IMG/VR virus record: IMGVR_UViG_3300033143_001480
Coordinates: 1 to 44,874 of that record
Strand: one strand, 5' to 3'
From: a virus
Length of the DNA stretch: 44,874 bases
Positions 8,801-15,389 of the stretch are shown one piece after another; the first letter of the stretch is position 1; each line of letters starts with the position of its first letter. The notes beneath the pieces are model-generated. The model searched no databases. It had not been told where the DNA came from and saw nothing but the letters and a program-made list of their open reading frames with translations. The position numbers were made by a program, and so were the translations under genes.

Positions 8801-10426
8801 CTAGAAAGCTGAGTTAAAATCTGGTACCTCAAGAGCTTCATACTCCTGAGATTCTATTAGGTTATTAGCTACTACATACTCTCCAAACTCTTCTATCACC
8901 TTAGGTGCATAGGTAAGGAGATCTAGTAAGCCGTCTGTGTTATCTCGTTTAAGAGGGTTAAATCCTGTTATCTGTAGGTGTACTGCAAGCTTAGCTGAGT
9001 CCTTTACGTACATCTCTCCCTGAGCATAAGCTTTAAACATCTCAAGGATCCTAGAGTTCTTAGAGCGAGTACCTGAATAGATTGGCGCAGCTTCTATCCC
9101 TTGTACTCCCATCTGCTTGCATATGAAGTCGAACCAATATAACAGAGAGTATTGATATGCGTTAGATTCTACAGCTATAAGACGACAATTATTTGTAAGA
9201 GCAAGGGTAAGGGCTCTTCTTATGGTTTCTCCTGGAGAGTATCTCCCTTCGTTTAAATCCATTAAGACTGGAGATGCATCGTGAATTTCGAAATAGCCTA
9301 TTGAGACTTCGTCTGCGCCGAGCTTATCGGTAGCAGGATCTATGATAATGAAGTTCCCAGCTGGAATATCTCCTTCAGAGTAAGGTACAGCAGGTAACTT
9401 AGATAGGTCAATAAGATTATTAGCAGTCGCATTCTCATCATTTAGCACCTCTGAGTAAAAGATCTCTGGCTTGCCCATAGCTAGATCATTCTCGAATTCG
9501 CTGATAAGCTGTGCTATAGGCTGTAGGTCTTCCCAGAGAGAGGTTCCATCTGCTAAGATTCCGCCAGCTATGAACTTAACCCACTTAGGATTTGTTTTGA
9601 GCTTACGTAAGAGAGAATGCTTGGTGGGGTACATATTAGCTACGAATAAGAACATGCAGCCATCTGGAGACTTAGCCTTCATAGCTGTACCTACCATCCA
9701 ATCTTCTAACTTGTTAGACTGTAGTTCTGAGTCTGCACACTCTCTGGATTGTATATCCTCGAAGATCATTACATCTGGACGAGAGTTCTTTATATTTAAG
9801 CCTCGTAGAGAGGTCTCTGCACCTAAGCCTGCTAAGGTGATGTTTCTACCTCTGAAGCCGAACTTCTTAACTGCTTGTGTATCTTTAGTTACGCCTAGGC
9901 GCCAGTCTCCGAAGACAGCTTTTATATTAGGTTCATCTAGCATATCTGCAACATCAGCTAGGATATTCTCTGCAAGAGATGCTTTAGCAGAGATGATAAG
10001 AATAAATTTTTTCCTTGTGAATAGAATACAGTATATGATAAAGATTTTCATCAAGGTAGTCTTACCAAAGCCTCGTGGGAGACCTAGTGCTAACTGAGGA
10101 AAGGATCTAGGTTCTTTAGCAAAGCCTGTTAGCCAATCCCAGACTGATTGGAAGACTGGAGGAAAACCAAAGGTGAATATAAGAGGCATGATTAGAGCTG
10201 CTAAGAAGTCCAAATCTTGCTTTGCTAAGGAGGATATCTCTGCAGAGGAAGCTCCTATCTCCTTTATATCGTGCGCTTCTGAGTCTGCATCTGGAGCTTC
10301 ATCAAGATCTGAGAAGGATACAGGAGAGCGGTGTATAGGAGGAGCTACCAAGGTCGCAGGTAACTTCCCTTCTGCATCTGTGCTAGCTGTTCCTCCTAGT
10401 CCATCTAGTAGCTTATTCGAAGGCAT
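8801..10426 (-). CDS. terL: Terminase large subunit (541 aa)
   Basis: Walker A GLPRGFGKTTLMK. Walker B-like DVMIFEDIQ. C-terminal nuclease-type acidic strand FIIIDPATD. Confidence 0.9.
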   Translation of the reverse strand: MPSNKLLDGLGGTASTDAEGKLPATLVAPPIHRSPVSFSDLDEAPDADSEAHDIKEIGASSAEISSLAKQDLDFLAALIMPLIFTFGFPPVFQSVWDWLTGFAKEPRSFPQLALGLPRGFGKTTLMKIFIIYCILFTRKKFILIISAKASLAENILADVADMLDEPNIKAVFGDWRLGVTKDTQAVKKFGFRGRNITLAGLGAETSLRGLNIKNSRPDVMIFEDIQSRECADSELQSNKLEDWMVGTAMKAKSPDGCMFLFVANMYPTKHSLLRKLKTNPKWVKFIAGGILADGTSLWEDLQPIAQLISEFENDLAMGKPEIFYSEVLNDENATANNLIDLSKLPAVPYSEGDIPAGNFIIIDPATDKLGADEVSIGYFEIHDASPVLMDLNEGRYSPGETIRRALTLALTNNCRLIAVESNAYQYSLLYWFDFICKQMGVQGIEAAPIYSGTRSKNSRILEMFKAYAQGEMYVKDSAKLAVHLQITGFNPLKRDNTDGLLDLLTYAPKVIEEFGEYVVANNLIESQEYEALEVPDFNSAF

Positions 10427-10432
10427 AGGAGA

Positions 10433-10657
10433 CTATTCGCAATCCACTTCTTTAGCTATAGAGATAGGTGTCGCTGCTAGAGAGCCTCTTTCTAAGAGAG
10501 AGTCTAACACTCTTCTAGCTGCAGATATATCTGCTAAGATATGAGGAGCTTGTTCTATAAGAACTTGCCTGCCAGCTATTCTCACAGTCTCTGGCTCATC
10601 CTCTAGGGCCATGAAGGCTCTCTGTAAGATCTGCTGTGCTGTCGCTTGTACCATCAT
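10433..10657 (-). CDS. Hypothetical protein (74 aa; alternative start at 10612)
   Basis: Ends 6 nt before the terL ATG, which has no SD of its own, suggesting coupling. The first ATG overlaps the upstream ORF by 62 nt; the internal ATG at 10612 would overlap by 17 nt. Confidence 0.45.
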   Translation of the reverse strand: MMVQATAQQILQRAFMALEDEPETVRIAGRQVLIEQAPHILADISAARRVLDSLLERGSLAATPISIAKEVDCE

Positions 10658-11291
10658 TCTTAGTCTCTTCTATGTGGGTTAGTGCTACTTGGGTTGGTGT
10701 ATCTATAGTTGATGTCGCTTCAGCTTCTTTAGAAGCCTCTTTCTCTTCTTTCTCTTTAGTCTCTTTTAGCAGCTGGTGAGCAGGTAAGGTTAATAACTCT
10801 TGTGTACCAGCCTTTATAACTTGGTTCTTGGTGTTTGTTTGGAACTTCTGGGTTATGATTGTTGGCAGTACTATATTAACTATATTAGCAGAAGATACTG
10901 TAGAATCCGAAGCTGCTTTAGCTCCTCTGCGAGTAGCGCCATTAACTACCTGTATTGCTTTTAGTATCTCTCCTGGCTTAATCATATAGGCTAGAGACTT
11001 CTCTAGTTTAAGAAGAAGCTTATCCTCTAGCGTATCATAAGAGGCATCTCGTTTTGTGTAAGACTGTAGTGACTCATATCGCAGTTCTGACACCTTCTCA
11101 GTAAAGACTGGAGAGGCTAGTAGCTGAGAGATTCTTGATTCTGTTACTCCCAAGGCTGCTGCTACTGAGACTGCTGGTACGCCTGAACCTAATAGAGATA
11201 AGGCGCGATCTTCTATAGAGGAGCCTGTTCCTTTCCCGCTAGGTTGAGGTGTATCTGAAATCTTAGGGGTAGTAGTTGAATTTGGTAGCAT
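10596..11291 (-). CDS. Terminase small subunit candidate with HTH (231 aa)
   Basis: First gene of the late arm, immediately upstream of terL. HTH-like VSVAAALGVTESRISQLL. Confidence 0.5.
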   Translation of the reverse strand: MLPNSTTTPKISDTPQPSGKGTGSSIEDRALSLLGSGVPAVSVAAALGVTESRISQLLASPVFTEKVSELRYESLQSYTKRDASYDTLEDKLLLKLEKSLAYMIKPGEILKAIQVVNGATRRGAKAASDSTVSSANIVNIVLPTIITQKFQTNTKNQVIKAGTQELLTLPAHQLLKETKEKEEKEASKEAEATSTIDTPTQVALTHIEETKNDGTSDSTADLTESLHGPRG

Positions 11292-11554
11292 AGGAGATAT
11301 CTTCTCATAAGAGGCTTAGGCAGGGAAGAGAGGAATCGTAAGAAGGAGCTGGCAGGTAACAGAGGTAAGTGCCTTTCAGGAGAGAGAAGCTAGGTGCGTG
11401 CCTTCTTAGGTATAAGCTTCTTGAAAAAGTTTAGGAAAAATAGGAAGAGTCCTTAGGATAACCTCTCACTCATAACTTAAAAAGGCTTCCACCCCCCTGG
11501 CATAGATATAACTGATGAGAGGTATAAGCTTATAAGCTAGGGTTATAAGGGAGA

Positions 11555-11576
11555 TAGATACTACTAGCGGTATCTA
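11555..11576. promoter_or_regulatory. Inverted repeat TAGATAC-N8-GTATCTA (operator-like)
   Basis: 7-bp perfect arms at 11555-11561 and 11570-11576, about 25 bp upstream of the predicted early -35. Confidence 0.4.
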
Positions 11577-11599
11577 GTTGGTTTATTTAAGCTAGGTGC

Positions 11600-11628
11600 T
11601 TGATTATTCTAAGGAATAGGTATAGTAT
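11600..11628 (+). promoter_or_regulatory. Sigma70-like early promoter candidate
   Basis: TTGATT (11600-11605), 17-nt spacer, TAGTAT (11623-11628), about 85 nt upstream of ATG 11712. Confidence 0.45.
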
Positions 11629-11711
11629 TAGCAGTAGGTAAGGAAAGGATTGACCTAGATATGCCTAGCACCGACTTGGTGCATGAATCTATTTAATACT
11701 GGAGATACAAC

Positions 11712-12470
11712 ATGGATACTAATACACCTAAAGATACACCTAAAGATACACCTACACAAGTAGGCACTAACCTAGATACAGGCGCACCCATAGCTAGTAG
11801 CATACATAGACCTACACTCCCCGAAGGAGCTAGCTTTCTTCCTTATGATACGCAAATAGAACTAGCAGCTAAGGAAGGCTTAAGAGCTGTTAAGTGCTTA
11901 TATAAGATGAACATGAAGACGCAGAAAGCTGCAGCAGAAAACTCTTATATTTATATTCCTGATACGATTACTCCTAAGAAGATAGAAGAGAATCTTACTA
12001 AGCTTATGCCTTATCTTGTCTCTTACCTAAAAGAGCAAGAGGACGCATTAGTTAAAGACTTGCATAAGCTTAAGGTTTCGACTGTTTTCGCTTCTAATCT
12101 CGGGATAAATAAGATCATAGAGCGACTAGAACGAAGCAGTTTAGGTAATAGATTGAACAAAGAAATGATTGAGGCTTGGTTTACTGAGAATGTAGCTGAA
12201 TCTCTGGCTGAGGCATTTGCTACGAAGCTTGGAGTAACTGAGAAATCTAGTGAAGCTGAGTTATCTAAGCTTTCGTCTGTTCTAGAAGTATATAAGATTA
12301 GATTCTCTTCTCTTGCTGGTGGAAAGGTTTCAATGAAAGAAACCGAATGTGATTCTCTGCAAAGAGCGATTTCTATCTCCGATAGCTTAAAAACTCCAAT
12401 TGGTGCAAGATTCTATGCAAGATTAGAAAGCATGAAGAAAGCGCAAGAAGTTGATTTATTAGCTTTATAA
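11712..12470 (+). CDS. First early protein, unknown function (252 aa)
   Basis: SD GGAG lies 8 nt upstream. N-terminal KDTPKDTP repeat. Followed by its own terminator. Confidence 0.75.
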   Translation: MDTNTPKDTPKDTPTQVGTNLDTGAPIASSIHRPTLPEGASFLPYDTQIELAAKEGLRAVKCLYKMNMKTQKAAAENSYIYIPDTITPKKIEENLTKLMPYLVSYLKEQEDALVKDLHKLKVSTVFASNLGINKIIERLERSSLGNRLNKEMIEAWFTENVAESLAEAFATKLGVTEKSSEAELSKLSSVLEVYKIRFSSLAGGKVSMKETECDSLQRAISISDSLKTPIGARFYARLESMKKAQEVDLLAL

Positions 12471-12496
12471 GCATAACTAGCTTTATAAGCATAACT
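12461..12496. repeat. Perfect 18-bp tandem duplication spanning the stop codon of 11712..12470
   Basis: AGCTTTATAAGCATAACT occurs at 12461-12478 and again at 12479-12496. Confidence 0.95.
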
Positions 12497-12516
12497 TGTA
12501 TGAAAAGAAACTCTCT

Positions 12517-12553
12517 AAAAGCCTGTAAGTTTTAATTAGCTTGCAGGCTTTTG
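12517..12553 (+). terminator. Rho-independent terminator (symmetrical A/T flanks, possibly bidirectional)
   Basis: Stem GCCUGUAAG (12521-12529) pairs with CUUGCAGGC (12540-12548), including one G-U. 10-nt loop. A-run before and U-run after the stem. Confidence 0.8.
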
Positions 12554-12568
12554 TAGCTAAGAGGATAA

Positions 12569-12730
12569 ATGAAAACTGGCTTTTTATCCATTAAAGACAA
12601 AAAACCAGAAAACCAAAAAGCCAGGATCGAAAATGGGGTCCGGGGGGGGGTCGATATATTTGTCTCTCTATCTGTATCTAACAGGTTGTGTATTTGTATC
12701 TCTCTTAGCTCTCTTGTATCTCTCTCTTAG
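12569..12730 (+). CDS. Speculative 53-codon ORF containing the G9 tract
   Basis: My translation is MKTGFLSIKDKKPENQKARIENGVRGGVDIFVSLSVSNRLCICISLSSLVSLS*. GAGGA lies only 3-4 nt upstream of the ATG. The C-terminal half is encoded by the GTATCT repeat DNA, so this may be non-coding. Confidence 0.2.
   Translation: MKTGFLSIKDKKPENQKARIENGVRGGVDIFVSLSVSNRLCICISLSSLVSLS
12576..12624. repeat. Perfect 10-bp inverted repeat CTGGCTTTTT / AAAAAGCCAG
   Basis: Arms at 12576-12585 and 12615-12624 with a 29-nt spacer. The right arm is part of AAAAAACCAGAAA..GCCAG, which is mirrored at 13041-13057. Confidence 0.9.
12635..12650. repeat. G-tract GGGGTCCGGGGGGGGG (G4 + G9)
   Basis: Read directly. Flanked by ATCGA / TCGAT. 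Confidence 0.9.
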
Positions 12731-12780
12731 AAGTGTCTATCTTGTAAGTATCTAGTATCTATGTGTTTGTAGGTGTATCT
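12674..12780 (+). repeat. Six direct copies of GTATCT (iteron-like), two as TTGTATCTCTC
   Basis: Exact hexamers start at 12674, 12696, 12716, 12748, 12755 and 12775 in a T/G-rich stretch. Confidence 0.85.
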
Positions 12781-12864
12781 TATTTCATATCTTATTTATT
12801 ATTAAAATAATACACACCCCTAAAACAGACATCAACTAGATATCAGATAGCTAGCTTAGATAGA

Positions 12865-12992
12865 CCTATATACACCCTTCTTACCTAACTACTCCTATAT
12901 ACACCTATTAGCTACCTATAAGCATATACCTACCTATTAGATACAGCTATAGCTACCTATTAGGTACAGCTACCTTATATACTCTTAGGTAC
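12865..12992 (+). repeat. Second iteron family: CCTATATACACC x2, CCTATTAG x3, GCTACCT(A/T)T x4-5, AGATAC/AGGTAC
   Basis: Exact copies: the 12-mer at 12865 and 12894; the 8-mer at 12904, 12933 and 12956; AGATAC at 12939; AGGTAC at 12962 and 12987. Confidence 0.85.
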
Positions 12993-13040
12993 AGGAATAA
13001 AGGTATATACAGAATCCCCATATATGGTATACTTTGGGTT

Positions 13041-13089
13041 CTGGCTTTCTGGTTTTTCAGCCAAAAAGACGTTTCGATCACTTTTTGGC
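13041..13089. repeat. Right-hand boundary repeats: CTGGCTTTCTGGTTTTT plus perfect 9-bp hairpin GCCAAAAAG-N12-CTTTTTGGC
   Basis: 13041-13057 is the reverse complement of AAAAACCAGAAAGCCAG (compare 12599-12624). Hairpin arms lie at 13060-13068 and 13081-13089. Confidence 0.85.
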
Positions 13090-13112
13090 CATTTTGCCAG
13101 AATACCTATAAC
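13085..13112 (+). promoter_or_regulatory. Weak sigma70-like promoter candidate for the main early operon
   Basis: TTGGCC (13085-13090), 16-nt spacer, TATAAC (13107-13112). Overlaps the 13060-13089 hairpin. Confidence 0.3.
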
Positions 13113-13151
13113 ACTCTCTCTAAGAGAGCAACAACTAAGAAGGACACTTAC

Positions 13152-13625
13152 GTGAGTAAAGACCCTAAAGATAAAATCACTCGTATAGCTCTGCCTGCAT
13201 CGTCTATACATTATATACTTAAGATAGCTAAGGAGGACTACATAAGAGAGTCATCTATAGAAGCGTCTACAGTTATAAAGAAGCTTACTCTGAGAGTAGT
13301 CAAAATGGACTTTGGCTTGATAGCTGCGGACTACACTTTGGTAGCACTAGAAGATAGAAAGAGTAACTCTACAAATAAGATAGGTGTAACAGACTTAGGA
13401 GGGGCTGTCATAAACACCTCTCTTAGTAGAGAGGCCTACCCTTCTAATGCTATGTACTGGAAAGAGTGCTATAAGAAGTATATAGAGTCTCCTATAGAGT
13501 GCTCTATATCAGAGATAGACGGGGCTAAAGAACATATGTACCTAGAAGGCTTACTATCTGATACAGAGATGGAAGCTATGGACGCTAAAACTATGGCTAT
13601 GGTTGTAAAGAACCAAGCAAGCTAA
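13152..13625 (+). CDS. Ribbon-helix-helix-like DNA-binding protein candidate (157 aa, GTG start)
   Basis: N-terminus KITRIALPASSIHYILKIAKEDYIRESSIEASTVIKKL fits a strand-helix-helix pattern. AGGA lies 7 nt upstream of the GTG. First gene after the repeat hub. Confidence 0.6.
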   Translation: MSKDPKDKITRIALPASSIHYILKIAKEDYIRESSIEASTVIKKLTLRVVKMDFGLIAADYTLVALEDRKSNSTNKIGVTDLGGAVINTSLSREAYPSNAMYWKECYKKYIESPIECSISEIDGAKEHMYLEGLLSDTEMEAMDAKTMAMVVKNQAS

Positions 13626-13684
13626 AGAACCAAGCAGTATAAACGAAACCGAAACCGAAACTACATAAGAAGGATACGCATGTA

Positions 13685-13888
13685 ATGGATACTATAACGA
13701 AACTGGAAACTATGTACCCTACAGGAATGACTAGCTTACTGGTATTTGTAGCTATAACAATAGCTATAGCTATCATAGCTCATATACATTATAGTAAGCT
13801 TATGAAGAAAGAAATAGATAAGATGTATACAGATTTAAGAGCTAAAAGAGCGAAAGCTGAGAGCGAAGGAGATTCTAAAAATGGCTAA
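13685..13888 (+). CDS. Small single-pass membrane protein (67 aa)
   Basis: Hydrophobic LLVFVAITIAIAIIAHI followed by a Lys/Glu-rich tail. Confidence 0.55.
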   Translation: MDTITKLETMYPTGMTSLLVFVAITIAIAIIAHIHYSKLMKKEIDKMYTDLRAKRAKAESEGDSKNG

Positions 13889-14984
13889 AGTAAACTGTGC
13901 TATATCTGGCCTCACCTTCTCCTGCGATCACCTACCGATCTTTATCCCTAAGAGCGCAGGATACTACCATCCTATATTCGCATTAGATTCTAAGAACCTG
14001 CTACCTCTCTATTCTAAGCATTGCCAAGGGCACCTGACACCTATAGACTCTTATCTCTTGCTCTTGGCTTACTTACACTCTACTGGTAAGGTGGCTTGGA
14101 ATCACCCTTGCTCTCTCTCACCTACAGCACCAGAGACGGTCACCTTTATAGAAAGGAACCTGCGACAGCTAATAGAAGCTATAGAGCTAACAGCTTCTGT
14201 AGATCACCCTTCTTTTAAGCAACCTTCTTACGCTGTGTACTCCGAAAACTCCTCTCTAAAGGAGTTACCTTCTTGGATAGCAGCTTGGACACAGAACCTA
14301 GAGGACTTTAGAAACGGATACAGAGAGCAGAGGAGGCGAGAAAGAATGGTAGCTACAGAGTCTCGCCTCTCTAAAGCTATTCTCTCAGGCGCAGCTCCTT
14401 CTACCTATGCGGCTATCATAGCTACCTGGGCAGATAAGGCTGCTGGGTTTCCACCTGCGAAAGCAGCAGCGTATATGAAAATCATTCGTACCTGCTATAA
14501 CTCTGATAAGATGTTCTCTACGCCACTGTCAGCTATTAAAGAAGTTAAGGCTTACTGCGAAGAGAATATAGAGGTAGGTTCTATACACTTCCATACTCTC
14601 TCAGAAGCTCTGCGAGAAGGGATAGCTAGGCATCAGGACTACCTAGGAATGGGCGCAATAACTCTCTTACCTGTAGGTTTCACAGTAGAAGCTAAGGAGC
14701 TTACTGCTATGAGAGAGAAGGCTACATTAGACTCTCCTAAGAGAGCAGATTACGAGAATGATTTAGATTTTCTGCGAGCTAAGCTTAGGTATAAGGCTGT
14801 AGAACATAACCCTACTGCCGAAGGTCTGCAAGCTGCGACACCTACCCCTAGCTCCCGCGCCAACTCTACCCCTAGTTCTACCCCTAGTTCTATAACAGAA
14901 GAGATAAGAGATATACTCTCTCTGGAAGCTACAGCGTATAACATAGACGACATCGAAGACGACACAGAAGAGGGAGATTTATAA
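13881..14984 (+). CDS. Unknown early protein with Cys/His-rich N-terminus and acidic C-terminal tail (367 aa)
   Basis: N-terminal CAISGLTFSCDH and HCQGH. C-terminal NIDDIEDDTEEGDL. Overlapping start and stop with its neighbours. Confidence 0.75.
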   Translation: MAKVNCAISGLTFSCDHLPIFIPKSAGYYHPIFALDSKNLLPLYSKHCQGHLTPIDSYLLLLAYLHSTGKVAWNHPCSLSPTAPETVTFIERNLRQLIEAIELTASVDHPSFKQPSYAVYSENSSLKELPSWIAAWTQNLEDFRNGYREQRRRERMVATESRLSKAILSGAAPSTYAAIIATWADKAAGFPPAKAAAYMKIIRTCYNSDKMFSTPLSAIKEVKAYCEENIEVGSIHFHTLSEALREGIARHQDYLGMGAITLLPVGFTVEAKELTAMREKATLDSPKRADYENDLDFLRAKLRYKAVEHNPTAEGLQAATPTPSSRANSTPSSTPSSITEEIRDILSLEATAYNIDDIEDDTEEGDL

Positions 14985-15388
14985 TGGATACTTATACAGA
15001 TATACTTAAAAAAGAGAGAGAGCTACCTTTAGGAGCTACAGCAGCTTATAAGAAATACGGAATAGCTAAGAGTAAAGCGTACTACACTATGCACAATAGC
15101 TTCTCTATACCTCTTAACTTGCAACCTATATTCCCTACCTACTACCTCTTGCACTGGGAAGTTAGCTATTTTCGTTCTCTAGTGCAGCTAGGTACAATAG
15201 AGAGAGCAGGTATAGTATACCAGATTATATACTATAGGACAGATCCAATAGCTATAGCTAAGGCTAAGAGTCCTGCTGACTCAGTGTTAGTAAGCTTTAG
15301 AACATTAGCTAAGGAATATGGAGCTATACCTACAGTACTGGTGAAGCTAGGAACAGTTAAGAAAGAAGAGAAAAAGGAGGATATATAA
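14984..15388 (+). CDS. Hypothetical protein, possible HTH DNA-binding (134 aa)
   Basis: TAATG overlap with the upstream gene. HTH-like ATAAYKKYGIAKSKAYYTM. Confidence 0.6.
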   Translation: MDTYTDILKKERELPLGATAAYKKYGIAKSKAYYTMHNSFSIPLNLQPIFPTYYLLHWEVSYFRSLVQLGTIERAGIVYQIIYYRTDPIAIAKAKSPADSVLVSFRTLAKEYGAIPTVLVKLGTVKKEEKKEDI

Positions 15389-15389
15389 G

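Noticed and set aside
9471-10097. Long antisense ORFs inside confident genes. Examples: 208 aa at 9471..10097 in terL, 584..925, 5837..6217, 10173..10544, 15347..15700, 30052..30351, 34740..35177, 35261..35545, 40891..41185, 42265..42603 and 43327..43617.
   Set aside because: Each is fully embedded opposite a longer ORF that has motifs or operon coupling. They have low-complexity or hydrophobic junk-like composition and no SD. They are consistent with stop-codon depletion on the antisense strand of biased coding sequence.
12938-12952. An exact 15-mer, TAGATACAGCTATAG, shared between the hub and the coding repeat at 19205-19219.
   Set aside because: A single 15-mer coincidence is roughly expected by chance in a 45-kb genome with this strong AGCT/GATAC word bias. 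The flanks show no extended similarity.
12661-13020. A possible CRISPR-like array, suggested by the many short repeats.
   Set aside because: The repeats are only 6-12 bp, belong to several different families, have irregular spacing of 7-29 bp and have no spacer-sized unique units. No cas genes are present.
12975-13211. A 78-aa - strand ORF reaching into the repeat hub.
   Set aside because: It starts antisense inside the 13152 gene, runs through the boundary hairpins and iterons, has no SD and is Cys/Arg-rich. It is most likely spurious.
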